DNA from: an uncultured Holophagales bacterium
GTDB lineage: Bacteria > Acidobacteriota > Thermoanaerobaculia > Multivoradales > UBA5704
Reading direction: 5' to 3'
Assembly (NCBI GenBank): GCA_963842525.1
Contig: CAWJGT010000004.1
Coordinates: forward strand, 206,082-270,081
DNA: 64,000 nucleotides
Position 1 is the stretch's first letter. The number at the start of each line of letters is the position of its first letter. The position numbers and the translations under genes were made by a program. This document shows, in pieces, positions 19,120-29,634 of this stretch. The notes under the pieces are model-generated. The model was given only the letters and a program-made list of their open reading frames with translations. It was not told the origin of the DNA and searched no databases.

Positions 19120-21111
19120 TCAACGTTGCAGCCGCAGCCCGATCCGCACCATCCGCGGCGGCCCCAGGGTCGTGAGCGGGGTCTTGCCGATCTCGTAGCG
19201 CTCGTCCGTCAGGTTCTCTCCGGCCAGGAAGGCGGTGAGCCCGTGCCCGACAGCGCGGGAGGCGACAGCGTCGAGCGTGGCGAAGCTGTCCAGCCGGAAG
19301 CGGTTCTGGTCGTCGTCGGGCTGCTCGCCGGTCCAGCGCGCCTGGAGGCCCAGCGAGGCGATCCGCGGATCGTCGAAGCGGAGCTGGAAAGTGACCTGGT
19401 GCCGTGGCACCTGGGGAATGCGGAGTCCCACCAGGCCGGGCTCTCCCGGCGCGCTTGCCACTTTGGCGTCGGCCAGGAGATAGCCGCCGGAGAGCGTCCA
19501 GCGGTCGCCGGCGCGGGCGGTCAGCTCCGCCTCGATCCCCCGCGAACGGGTTTTCCCCAGGTTGCGCCGCTGCCGGGTGATCAGGCCCGGCGCCGTCGAG
19601 AGGGTGACATTGGCGATCGTCCGGTTGACGTCCATCCAGAAGAGCGTGCCGCGCGCAGTGAGCCTGCTACCTGATGAGGTGAAGAGGCCGCCGGTCTCGC
19701 CGCCGGCCAGCCGCTCGGCCCGCAGCTCCTCGTTGGCCAGGGTCAGCACGTCGCCGACCCGGAAGGCGCGGTAGAGCTCGTTGAGGGTGGGAGCCCGGAA
19801 GCCGCGGTACGCCGAGGCGGTCCAGGCCCAGCGGTCGGTGGCCTGGAAGAGGAGGGAGGCCCGGGGGCTGAACGCGGACTCTTCGCGCTCGGGACGCTGC
19901 CCTCCGGCGTTGCGCCAGAGGTCGAACCGCCCGCCCACGGTGAAAGACAGGCGTGGCGTGGCGCGGACCACGTCCTCCAGATAGGAGCCCGCGGCCCGTT
20001 GCTCTCCACCGGCCGAAGTGAAGGTCGAGCCGCCGGTCGCCGTGAACGCGGTCTCGTCGCTCGACCCCTGCACCTCGCGCAGATCGAGCCCAACGACCAG
20101 CGCGTGCAGCGCGTGCCGGTCTCCGAAAGGATGCGACGCCTGGACGCTGCCGCCCAGCGACTCGGCCGGAACGTGCTGGTCCCGGATCAACCGCTCGCTC
20201 GCCCGGTCGCCCGCCACGGCCGTAAAGGTCTGATGGAAGTCCTGGTCGGAGCCATAGGCCCGGACAGCGAGGGAGCCTCCGCCCAGGGGGCGGTCGAGCC
20301 CCGCGCTCCACTGGCGGACCTCGGTGTCGTTGTCCTGGAGCCGGGTGCCGTTGTCCCGCGTTTCGTCGAAGATGGAGCCGCGGACGAACGCCCGTCCTCC
20401 TTCCTGGCTTCGGTGCTCCACGGTGGCGTCGGCCGTGGTGTGGCGCGAGGCGACCGGTGTGTCGACGGGGCCGCGCTCGGCCGGGTCGATCTGGACATAG
20501 CCGTCCGTGCTGAACCCTTCGGCGGCGAGGCGCGCGCCCCAGGACCCCCAGTCGTGCGCGGCGAAGAGAGAAGCCTCGGGAGTCTCGAGCTCGCCGTACG
20601 ACGCCTCGGCAACCAGGCGCGGCCCGCGAGCGCCATGGGTGAGGAGCTGGACCACGCCGCCCAGGGCCGCGCTACCGTAGAGGTCCGAGCCGGCGCCCCG
20701 CAGCACCTCGATGCGTTCGAGCGAGGCCCGCGGCACCCGTCCCCAATAGATCCATCCGCCGAAAGGATCGTTGAGCGGGATGCCGTCGGCGAGGACGAGC
20801 GCCCGGCTCGCTCCGCTCGCTCCCAGGCCCCGCAGCGAAACGCCCTGGGAGGTCGGATTGGCGAAGCGGCTGCCCGAGCGCCGGAACAGGCTGAACCCCG
20901 GCACCTGGCGCAGGGCATCGTCCACGGTCGGAGCCGCGGTCGCCGCGAGCTCCTCGGACGAGAGGACCACCACGCTGGCCGGCGTCTCGCCCAGCCGCCG
21001 CTCGGTCCGGGTGGCGGTGACGGTCAGCTCTTCGGCGACCGTTGGCAGGGGAGCTTGGGGAGGTGGGTCGGCCGGCGCGAAGGACAGCAGGAGAGCTACG
21101 AAGACCGTCAA
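19120..21111 (-). CDS. TonB-dependent receptor
   Basis: EELTVTATR TonB box, plug (LRQVPG, VSLRGLG, LERIEVLRG), RAPTLNEL, GENLTDERY. Probable TTG start at 21111 after GGAGAGG. Confidence 0.9.
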   Translation of the reverse strand: MTVFVALLLSFAPADPPPQAPLPTVAEELTVTATRTERRLGETPASVVVLSSEELAATAAPTVDDALRQVPGFSLFRRSGSRFANPTSQGVSLRGLGASGASRALVLADGIPLNDPFGGWIYWGRVPRASLERIEVLRGAGSDLYGSAALGGVVQLLTHGARGPRLVAEASYGELETPEASLFAAHDWGSWGARLAAEGFSTDGYVQIDPAERGPVDTPVASRHTTADATVEHRSQEGGRAFVRGSIFDETRDNGTRLQDNDTEVRQWSAGLDRPLGGGSLAVRAYGSDQDFHQTFTAVAGDRASERLIRDQHVPAESLGGSVQASHPFGDRHALHALVVGLDLREVQGSSDETAFTATGGSTFTSAGGEQRAAGSYLEDVVRATPRLSFTVGGRFDLWRNAGGQRPEREESAFSPRASLLFQATDRWAWTASAYRGFRAPTLNELYRAFRVGDVLTLANEELRAERLAGGETGGLFTSSGSRLTARGTLFWMDVNRTIANVTLSTAPGLITRQRRNLGKTRSRGIEAELTARAGDRWTLSGGYLLADAKVASAPGEPGLVGLRIPQVPRHQVTFQLRFDDPRIASLGLQARWTGEQPDDDQNRFRLDSFATLDAVASRAVGHGLTAFLAGENLTDERYEIGKTPLTTLGPPRMVRIGLRLQR

Positions 21112-21796
21112 CGTTGCCCCTCTCCAGGCAATCCCGCCAGCTTCGCATCGAGCTCCGTGACAAGCCGCTCGATCGCATGCGCAGCCGTGCGGCCGATCTT
21201 CAGGTTGCGGGGCAGCTTGTGGCCGGGCTGGACGCGCCAGATCTCGCCATGCAGACGCGCGAACTCCTCGTCCACCAGGCCGCCGTTGTAGACGTACAGG
21301 TCGCGCATGGCGAGATAGGCGTGGGCCTGGCGGCCGGCGTCCGGATCGAGCTCGATGCCGGTCGCCTCGAGGATCCGGCCCACGAGCTCGTCCGCGCCGT
21401 CTCTTCCCTTCGAACCGCTGGACGATCTGCTCCCAGGAGACTCCGTTTTCCGCTCCCCCGGTGAGGGTGTGGAGAGGATGGCGCAGGTGGACATCGACCA
21501 GCACCGTGCGCAGGTACTCCAGGAAATGGACATGGAAAGCGAGGAGGGCGAGCTCCAGGTTTTCACCCCGCGAGAAGTTGCAGACCTGGCCTGCCTGCCG
21601 GGCCGGGACCTGGAGGGTCTCAGGCTTGCCGGTCACCCCAGCGCTTTGAGAAGCGGTTGCTTCGGGTCCGGGGGCGTTTCGCGGTTTCCTCGACCAGACT
21701 CAAGGCAGCGTCGACCAGCTCCAGATGCTGGAGGCTCGACCGCAGCCGCGTGCGCAACGTGCGCAGGGCCGGTGTCTCGGTATCGACTTTCGCCAC
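21108..21796 (-). CDS. Hypothetical all-helical protein, HEPN-like (frameshifts near 21660 and 21410)
   Basis: Three in-order segments: MAKVDTETPALRTLR..., ...LALLAFHVHFLEYLRTVL..., ...YLAMRDLYVYNGGLVDEEF... The last resembles the RNxxxHNGG HEPN motif. Confidence 0.5.
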
Positions 21797-21815
21797 GGGG
21801 CGCTCAAGCCTCTGT

Positions 21816-22809
21816 TCAGTCTTGAAGGCTGCCGAACAGGGTCCCTGAGCCGGCGGCGACGCGACGGCCAGTGCTTTGAAGCCGCGGTAGCAGTCCAGAA
21901 CCGCCTCACTGTAGCCGCCAATGGCGCCGTCGGCAGGCCGCAGGAGGAACATGGGCTTGCGGGCGTCCCTGGCTAGCGCCAGAAGACTGCGGTAGCTCTT
22001 GAGGGTAGCCAGGTGGTAGGGATCTGCGTCCGGCAAAGGCGCATCGTTGCGTTGTCCAAGGATCTCGCGATGAAAGGCGGCGGGAATCCGCTCGATCCAG
22101 CGCTGAGATTTTTTCCCGGGGCGATCGGAAAAAACGACATAGCCGATCGATCGCATTTCGCCGAAGGGGCTCGACAGATCCATCGAGACGTCTTCCAACC
22201 GCGCCTTCCAGCCATGGCGCCACTCGGAGAGCGTGGGGCCAATCGTTTGCAGGCTCTGGAGCGAGTAGAAGTCGGCTTCCAGCGGCATCACGATCGCATC
22301 GCAAGCGACCAAGGCTGCTCTGGTGAGCCCATCCAGGCTCGCTCCACAGTCGATCAGCACGAGCTCGGCATTGCGAGCCCGTGCCGCCCGTTCGGCGGCC
22401 TGGTAGAACGCGGTCATGAGGCGGAATGCTTCAGAGCTGCCGAGCTCGGTCTTCCCACTGGCAACGAGCCCAGGCCTCGGCGAAACGTTCCTCGAACCGG
22501 CCCAGAGCGAGATTTCCTGGTAGCAGAGCCAAGCGGTCACCAACGACCTGCAATTCCGGCTCGGCGAGATCGCCCAGAGGTTCGAGCAGGGGTTGGATCA
22601 CCTCGACGACGGTCCGGGGGCCGCTCCCGCCGAGCCATGAATCCACCAGAGCCTCCTCTTCCAGGAAGGAGGCTGTCAGATCTGCCTGCGGATCGAGATC
22701 CATCGCCACGACGCTGATCCCGAGACTCCTGATACATCCAGGCGAGGTTGTACACGAGGGTGGTCTTGCCAACACCTGCCTTGTTGTTGAAAAACGCCAC
22801 CGCCTTCAT
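21816..22809 (-). CDS. ParA/AAA_31-family ATPase, multiply frameshifted (3' end approximate)
   Basis: FFNNKAGVGKTT deviant Walker A, DLDPQADLT, LIDCGA and ARKPMFLLRPADGAIG, spread over several frames. Confidence 0.8.
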
Positions 22810-23991
22810 GGCCGTCTCGGAACCCTGACCAGGAAGTGATTGGAGCCGATCTCGAAAGCCGGCGGCGGCGAGTCATTTCGCGTGAGCTCGGCTTGGGCGA
22901 TGGCAATTCCCCGCCCGTACCGGTTGACGAAGCCAAGGGTCTTCGCCGCTTCGGCGAGGACTGGATTTCGGTAGGCGGTACCGCGGGGAAACTGTTCGAA
23001 CAGTAAGGTCACCAAAGAGCCCGCCCGGGCTGAGGATCTCGATCCGATCCTCGAAGTGGTTGACCAGGATCGGAGTGTTCGAACCGTCATAGCTTCGGTG
23101 GATCACGGCATTGACGAACAGCTCATGCAGGGCGCGCGGCGGATAGTCGTAGATCATGCGCTCCGACAGGCCTTCGCCGGGAGCCGGGCGGGCGTCGGCA
23201 ACGTCTTCGGCCAACTGATCAAGGCCGCGGAGGACCGAGAGAAGGTCGCCCGAAAAGCGGCGGTCCCGCAAGGGCTCATCGACCTGGGTCATCCCCCCAT
23301 ACCGTACGTATTGGACATAGGCGCCGGGCACAAAGAAAAGAGGATCCCTGCCGAATAGGAGGACTGCTGCGTGGGTCGGGCAACCGCGCTTCAAATCAAA
23401 AAAGCGGAGAGCCGCGAGTTGCTCGGTCGTGCTCCGATTGTTTTCCTCAATGACCTCCGGAGCGACAGCGAATTGCCGATAGCCCACCAGGAAGAGGTCG
23501 AGGACGAGGTCGCCGAGCCCTGCCTCGTGGCAGGGGCGTGCATCCCAGGTGCGGGCGAGGGCCAGCCGGCGCTCCGCGAGAATCCGCTCCTCGGTCTCGC
23601 TGGCAATCGCACGCCGCGGACCGACCCGTATCCAGATCTGGCCTTTGTAACGCACGGGCGGCAGGTCGGACGGAAGCACCTCGACCACTGCGACATCCCC
23701 TCCGGGAGCCACAAGGCGCTGCACGGCCATGGCAGGGAGCGGCTGGATGTTGCCGTCCGCCCGAATAGCCGCAAGGTTCTGCAGAAGCTGGTCCGTGATG
23801 GCGGCCCCGGACGGTACTCCGTCGTCGCGCACTCCTACGAAGAGGTAGCCGGGCTGGCGGTTTTGCGGCATATCGTTGGCGAACGCACAGATCGCCTTTG
23901 CGAATTTGTCGGTATCCGTAAGAGAGGTGGTGCGCTCGACCCGATCGGATTCCAGATCCTCCATCAGCCGCAGGGCTTCGTCGCGATCCAT
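22806..23991 (-). CDS. AlbA_2 (Schlafen-like) domain + HATPase-like/RecG-C domain protein, frameshift near 23005
   Basis: ESDRVE, ICAFAND, LFVGVRDDG, ELFVNAVIHRSY, DRIEILSPGG, then YRNPVLAEA..LGFVNRYGRGI in the next frame. Confidence 0.85.
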
Positions 23992-24042
23992 GGGCTGAGC
24001 CTAACATGCCCTATTCACCCTCCCGCGGATGTCGAACCAGCG

Positions 24043-26772
24043 TCACAATCCGGCGAGAGGGAGCGCCCACAGCTCGCGGCCGTGGGTCCCGTCGTCGGCG
24101 CCGAAGAACAGCAGCTTGTCCGTGGCCGTGAAGCTGGACGGTGAGGAGGCATCCGGCCCGGGAGCGAGATCGCCGAGACGGCGGGTGCCGCCGGGCGTGC
24201 CGTTGCTGATCCAGGGCTCCAGGCCGGCCTCGCCGTCGTCCGCGGCGAAGAGCAGCCTGCCGCCGATCGCCGTCAGAGCCTGCGGGTAGGAGCCCTTGGG
24301 ACCCGGCCGCAGCTCCAGAAGGCGGGTGCCGCGGAAGGTGCCATCGCTGACGAACAGCTCCGGGCCGGTCGTCTCGTTGTCCACGACGAAGAAGAGCAGG
24401 TTGCCGGCCACGGTCAGGTCGTGTCCTCGCGAGGGCACGCCCTGCAAGGCCAGGCGGCGGATCAGGACGGTCCCGGCCGCGGTGCCGTCCGTGCGCCAGA
24501 GCCCCTCCCCGGTGCCGGTCTCCGCGAGGAAATAGACCTTGCCGCCAAGCGCGACCAGCTCGCGGGGCGAGGAGCCGGCGGCCCCGGGCAGCAGGTCGCG
24601 GACGAGCCGCGTTCCCGCGGGCGTGCCGTCGCTTCGCCAGAGCTCGCGGCCGGCTGTTTCCTCTCCCGCGGCGAAGAGCACGGTGTTGCCGAGGCGCAGC
24701 AGGAATTCGGGATTGGAGCTGTGGGTCGACGTCTCGCCATCCTGCGCATCGACGCGCGGGTCGATGTCGAGCACCGGCCGGGTGCCGGGGGCGGTGCCGT
24801 CGGTGGCCCACAGCTCGCGGCCGGTGAGGCCGTCGTCGGCCGCGAAGAGGAGCTGCGAGCCGATCCGTACGGCTCCGCTGGGGCTGGACGAGCCGATGAC
24901 GGGCGGAGAGGTGATCGGCGGCTGATAGATCTGCCGATTGAGGTCGTCTAGGAGGTGGGTTCCGGCGGGCGTGCCGTTGCTGATCCACGGCTCGTGCCCG
25001 CTGCCCCTGAAGTGGCTGTCCTCCGTGCTGGCGCTGAAAAAGGCTCCGGTGCCGTCGGGCGTGATCTCTTCGATGTTGAAGACCTCGGTCATCCGTGCGG
25101 TCCCATGGGCCGTTCCATCGGTCCGCCAGAGGCCCTGGTGCAATCCCGGTTGTTGCGGGTTTGCGCCGCTGAACCAGAGGCGGCCCCCGCCACGCGCAAA
25201 GGCCTGCGGCCAGGCCACCTGGCGGTTCACCGGCCTGGTCCGCGCGGCAGTGCCGTCGCTGCGCCAGAGAAACGCGGCTTCGTCGCCGCTGCGGGCCGAA
25301 AACATCGCCCAACGCCCCAGAGCCGCGATGTCCGACACGGCAGACCCGGGGCCCGCATGGATGTCGCGGACCAGCGCGGTGCCGGCCTCGGTGCCGTCCG
25401 AGCACCAGAGCTCTGCGCCGGTCTCCGCGAGACGCAGGTTGAAGCACACCCTGGCGCCTGTTGCGATCAGGCGGCTTCCTTCGGAGTAGCCGGTGTAGAA
25501 AGGCGGTCCGGGCGAGAGGCAGCTCCGTTGAGCTCCGCACAAAGCGGCAGCGTTCCGCGCCTGGCAGGTGTCGCCCGCGATCTCCCACAGGTCCACGGAG
25601 CTGCCTTCGCGGAAGAGGAAAAAGGCGCGGTCGGCGACGCTCTGCAGATCGAAGATCCAGCCTTCTGAGCCGGATTGCCAGACCTGCCGGGTCGTGGCCG
25701 TCGTCCCCTGGCTGGACCAGATGGAGAAGCGGCCGGTCGCAGGCTCTCGCATCCAGAGAAGAGCGCCGCAGCCCGAGGAGGCGATCCGGTCCACCCAAAA
25801 ACCCGGCCCGAAATGGTGCACCATGGAGGTTCCCGCCGGGGTGCCGTCCGAGCGCCAGAGATCTCCGTCGTGGAAATAGAACAGCAGGTCGTTCCAGGCC
25901 GCAGGCATCCACGGGGCACTGTCCGGGCGGACCGCGAAAGTTCCGGCGCGGGTGCCATCCGTCACCCACAGGTCTTTTTTCGCGCTCAACGGTTCTTCCG
26001 AAGCCCAGAAGAACGCCCGGCGGCCCGCTGCCGTGAGATCCAGGAGGTACTTCAGAGTCCCGCCAGGATTGAAGTCGATCCGATAGGTTCCGAGGGATGT
26101 GCCGTCGCTGCGCCAGAGCTGGTAGGAGGAGTAGTCGTAGGTCACTGTGAACAAGAGGGCGTCCGGCAGGGAGACCAGAGGTCCGGCCATGAAGCCAGGC
26201 GCCGAAGCGGGATCGAAGGCGACGCGCGTGCCTTCCCGGGTGCCGTCGGTCACCCAGAGCTTCTCGTTCCCCGAAGCGGGATTGGCGCGGAAAAAGACCC
26301 GGCCGCCCGCGGCGGTGAACGAGGAGCGATCGAGGTAGGACGAGCAGGGGCCTGGACAGACGTCGCGGAGCATCCGGGTGCCCTGGCGGGTGCCGTCCGA
26401 GGTCCAGGCCTCCTGGCCGAACACACCGTCCGACGCGATGAAATAGAGCCGCTTCCCATCCGAGAAGAGCTCCTGAATGAAGGAGCCTACGGGTCCAGGC
26501 CAGATGTCGGCCACCCGCCGGGTCCCTGCGGCTGTCCCGTCGCTGCGCCACAGCTCGCTGCCATGCGCAGGGTCGGCCGCGGCGAAGTAGAGCACGCCCC
26601 CGAGGTCCGCTGCCTGGACATGGCTGAACGACGCCTCCGGGAGCGCGCTGCCGTTGATCGAGGCCTGGTTGAGGTCCGCCACCAGATAGGGAGATTGCGC
26701 GCCGGCGGCAGCCATCGCGCAGAGGACCAGCACCACAGCCAGGGTACAGCTCGACCGCCACAAAGTGCTCAT
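24043..26772 (-). CDS. Secreted ELWxxDGT-repeat beta-propeller protein
   Basis: More than 12 LW(R/V)(S/T)DGTxxGT repeats; signal peptide after ATG 26772, preceded by GGAGG. Confidence 0.92.
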   Translation of the reverse strand: MSTLWRSSCTLAVVLVLCAMAAAGAQSPYLVADLNQASINGSALPEASFSHVQAADLGGVLYFAAADPAHGSELWRSDGTAAGTRRVADIWPGPVGSFIQELFSDGKRLYFIASDGVFGQEAWTSDGTRQGTRMLRDVCPGPCSSYLDRSSFTAAGGRVFFRANPASGNEKLWVTDGTREGTRVAFDPASAPGFMAGPLVSLPDALLFTVTYDYSSYQLWRSDGTSLGTYRIDFNPGGTLKYLLDLTAAGRRAFFWASEEPLSAKKDLWVTDGTRAGTFAVRPDSAPWMPAAWNDLLFYFHDGDLWRSDGTPAGTSMVHHFGPGFWVDRIASSGCGALLWMREPATGRFSIWSSQGTTATTRQVWQSGSEGWIFDLQSVADRAFFLFREGSSVDLWEIAGDTCQARNAAALCGAQRSCLSPGPPFYTGYSEGSRLIATGARVCFNLRLAETGAELWCSDGTEAGTALVRDIHAGPGSAVSDIAALGRWAMFSARSGDEAAFLWRSDGTAARTRPVNRQVAWPQAFARGGGRLWFSGANPQQPGLHQGLWRTDGTAHGTARMTEVFNIEEITPDGTGAFFSASTEDSHFRGSGHEPWISNGTPAGTHLLDDLNRQIYQPPITSPPVIGSSSPSGAVRIGSQLLFAADDGLTGRELWATDGTAPGTRPVLDIDPRVDAQDGETSTHSSNPEFLLRLGNTVLFAAGEETAGRELWRSDGTPAGTRLVRDLLPGAAGSSPRELVALGGKVYFLAETGTGEGLWRTDGTAAGTVLIRRLALQGVPSRGHDLTVAGNLLFFVVDNETTGPELFVSDGTFRGTRLLELRPGPKGSYPQALTAIGGRLLFAADDGEAGLEPWISNGTPGGTRRLGDLAPGPDASSPSSFTATDKLLFFGADDGTHGRELWALPLAGL

Positions 26773-26924
26773 CGGGGCCCTCCTCTTTATGCTGTTATAG
26801 CTTAGCACAGTCCAGGGATGCCGCGCCGCGTTATCGGCTTGCCGCAGCTTGACGTAATCGCCGTCCTGTGGCACGCTGACCAGCGACCGTCGCCGGGTCT
26901 CCGGCGACCTGATGGAGCTTCAAC

Positions 26925-28490
26925 ATGGCCATCCTCAGCGAAACGATTCCGACCCCCGTCAAGCTGGACGACCTGGCGGCCCGGGTGACGACCGCAGGCC
27001 CGCGCGAGGCCCTGGCGGTCCATGCTCCTGCGACCGGGCAGCTCCTGGGCGAGGTCCCTCTGTGCACCCCTGACGACGTCCGGGAAGCGGTGCGCCGGGC
27101 TCGGACTGCGCAGGAGGATTGGGCGCACCGCACCTTCGAAGAGCGGGCGGAGGTGTTCGTCCGCTTCCACGACCTGCTGCTCGAGCGCCAGGAGGAGATC
27201 CTGGACCTGATCCAGCTCGAGTCCGGCAAGGCACGGAAGCACGCCTTCGAGGAGGTCGCGGACACGGCCATCGTGGCCCGCTATTACGCCTTGAATGCGG
27301 AGGATCACCTGGCGCCGCGGCGCCGGAGGGGAGCCCTGCCCGGAATCACCGTGGCCTGGGAGCACCACCACCCGGTGGGCGTCGTGGGGATCATCGCGCC
27401 CTGGAACTATCCGCTCTCGATGGCCGTGACCGACGCCATCCCGGCCCTGATGGCCGGCAATGCCGTCGTCCTCAAGCCGGACCAGAAAACCCCGTTTACG
27501 GCGCTCTGGGCCGTGGACCTGCTGGCCGAGGCGGGGCTCCCTGCCGGGCTCCTCCATGTCGTGACCGGCGAGGGAGCGGTGCTCGGGACCCCCCTGATCG
27601 AGAGCTGCGATTTCCTCGGCTTCACCGGCAGCACCGCGACCGGCCGCAAGGTGGCGCGACAGGCCGGCGAGCGCCTGATCGGCTGCTCGCTGGAGCTGGG
27701 TGGCAAGAACCCCATGCTCGTCCTGGCCGACGCCGACCTCGAAGCGGCGGTCGCCGGGGCGATCCGCGGCTGCTTCAGCAGCGCCGGGCAGCTCTGCATC
27801 TCGATCGAGCGGCTGTACGTCCACGACGCGATCCATCACCGCTTCGTCGACCTCTTCGTGCGCGAGACGAAGGCCCTGCGGCTCGCCGCCAGCCTCGACT
27901 ACGAGGCCGACATGGGCTGTCTGATCTCGGTCGACCACCTCGCCAAGGTGGACGGGCACGTGCGCGATGCCGTGGCCAAGGGCGCGACCGTCCTTGCCGG
28001 CGGCCAGACGCGGCCTGACCTCGGCCCGACTTACTACGAGCCGACCATCCTGACCGGCGTCACACCGGACATGACGGTCTTCGCCGAGGAGACCTTCGGT
28101 CCGGTCGTATCGGTCGAGCGTTTCGAGTCCGTTCACGACGCCATCGAACGGGCGAACGCCAGCCGGTACGGCCTCAACGCCAGCGTCTGGACGCGCGACC
28201 TCGACCATGGCCATCGGATCGCGACCCGCCTCCAGGCCGGCACGGTCAACGTCAACGAGGCCTATGCCGCGGCCTGGGCCTCGGTCGACGCACCCATGGG
28301 CGGCTTCAAGGATTCCGGCCTGGGCCGCCGTCATGGCGCCCAAGGCATCCTCAAATACACCGAAGCACAGACCGTCGCCATCCAGCGCGGCCTGCCGCTC
28401 GCCGCTCCGGCGGGAGTCGCCGACGAGATCTTCAGCCGGGCGCTCAGCATGACGCTCAAGGCCCTGCGTCACATCCCCGGCCTGCGCTGA
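26925..28490 (+). CDS. NAD(P)-dependent aldehyde dehydrogenase (succinate-semialdehyde dehydrogenase-like)
   Basis: PWNYP, FTGST, LELGGKNP, AGQLCIS, EETFGP and PMGGFKDSGLG. Confidence 0.92.
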   Translation: MAILSETIPTPVKLDDLAARVTTAGPREALAVHAPATGQLLGEVPLCTPDDVREAVRRARTAQEDWAHRTFEERAEVFVRFHDLLLERQEEILDLIQLESGKARKHAFEEVADTAIVARYYALNAEDHLAPRRRRGALPGITVAWEHHHPVGVVGIIAPWNYPLSMAVTDAIPALMAGNAVVLKPDQKTPFTALWAVDLLAEAGLPAGLLHVVTGEGAVLGTPLIESCDFLGFTGSTATGRKVARQAGERLIGCSLELGGKNPMLVLADADLEAAVAGAIRGCFSSAGQLCISIERLYVHDAIHHRFVDLFVRETKALRLAASLDYEADMGCLISVDHLAKVDGHVRDAVAKGATVLAGGQTRPDLGPTYYEPTILTGVTPDMTVFAEETFGPVVSVERFESVHDAIERANASRYGLNASVWTRDLDHGHRIATRLQAGTVNVNEAYAAAWASVDAPMGGFKDSGLGRRHGAQGILKYTEAQTVAIQRGLPLAAPAGVADEIFSRALSMTLKALRHIPGLR

Positions 28491-28516
28491 GGCGGCCGGG
28501 AGGAGGGATGTTTCTC

Positions 28517-29605
28517 ATGCCCACGCACTTCTTCACGGGTTTTCCGGGATTCCTGGGCTCGGAGCTCGTGCCGCGCGTCCTCGCGCGTTCCGCGGCGGAT
28601 GACGTCGTCTGCCTCGTCCAGCCCAAGTTCGCCGACCTCGCCCGCCAGCGCGTGCGGGAGATCGAGGCCCGCGAGCCGCGCTACGCCGGCCGCATCCGCC
28701 TCGTCGAAGGGGACATCACTCGCCCCGGCCTCGGCCTGGAGAGTCCGAGCGCCCTCCAGCAGGGCATCACCGAGGTCTGGCACCTTGCCGCCGTCTACGA
28801 CCTGAGCGTCCGCCGCGGCGTGGGAATGAAGATCAATGTCGAAGGCACCCGCAACGTCCTCGACTTCGCCGAGGGTTGCGACGGGCTGACGCGGTTCCAG
28901 TACGTCAGCACCTGCTACGTATCAGGCCGCTACGCCGGGATCTTCCGCGAGACCGACCTCGCCAAGGGGCAGACCTTCAACAACTTTTACGAGGAGACCA
29001 AGTTCCTCGCCGAGGTGGAGGTCCAGGAGCGGATGAAGAAGGGCCTGCCGGCGACCATCTACCGGCCGGCGATCGTGGTCGGGGACAGCCAGACGGGCGC
29101 GACGCAGAAATACGACGGCCCGTACTTCGCGATCCGTTGGCTCCTGAAACAGCCGGGCCTGGCCCTGATGCCGGTCGTGGGGGATACCCACCGCACGCGC
29201 CTGAACCTTGTGCCGCGGGACTTCGTGATCGGAGCCATCGCCCATCTGAGCGGCGAGGACAAGTCCCTGGGCAGGGTCTACCAACTCGCCGATCCCGAGC
29301 CGTTGACGATCGACGAGATCCTCACCGCCGTCGCCCGCGCCACGGGCCGCGTCGTCGTCCGTGTGCCGCTGCCGGTCGGGATCGCCAAGACCGCCATCGA
29401 CTGGCTGCCCGGGGTCTACCGCCTGATGCAGATCCCCTCGGCGGCCATCGACTATTTCGTCCACCCGACCTACTACGACACCTCCCACACCGTCGCCGAC
29501 CTGGCCGGCAGCGGCCTCCAGGCGCCGCCGCTGCGCTCGTACCTGCCGACCCTCGTCTCCTTCATGAGAGGGCATCCCGAGCTGAGCTCGGAAGCGATGG
29601 TGTGA
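28517..29605 (+). CDS. Extended SDR / fatty-acyl reductase-like oxidoreductase
   Basis: TGFPGFLG, WHLAAVY, YEETK and YRPAIVVG. Start is 28517 or 28508. Confidence 0.88.
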   Translation: MPTHFFTGFPGFLGSELVPRVLARSAADDVVCLVQPKFADLARQRVREIEAREPRYAGRIRLVEGDITRPGLGLESPSALQQGITEVWHLAAVYDLSVRRGVGMKINVEGTRNVLDFAEGCDGLTRFQYVSTCYVSGRYAGIFRETDLAKGQTFNNFYEETKFLAEVEVQERMKKGLPATIYRPAIVVGDSQTGATQKYDGPYFAIRWLLKQPGLALMPVVGDTHRTRLNLVPRDFVIGAIAHLSGEDKSLGRVYQLADPEPLTIDEILTAVARATGRVVVRVPLPVGIAKTAIDWLPGVYRLMQIPSAAIDYFVHPTYYDTSHTVADLAGSGLQAPPLRSYLPTLVSFMRGHPELSSEAMV

Positions 29606-29634
29606 GGGGGGGCGCCCCGGCCGGGGCAGGTCCG

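Noticed and set aside
19120-21636. 838-aa TonB receptor with a long N-terminal extension
   Set aside because: The extension is a frameshifted piece of the upstream gene; an RBS and signal-like start lie at 21111.
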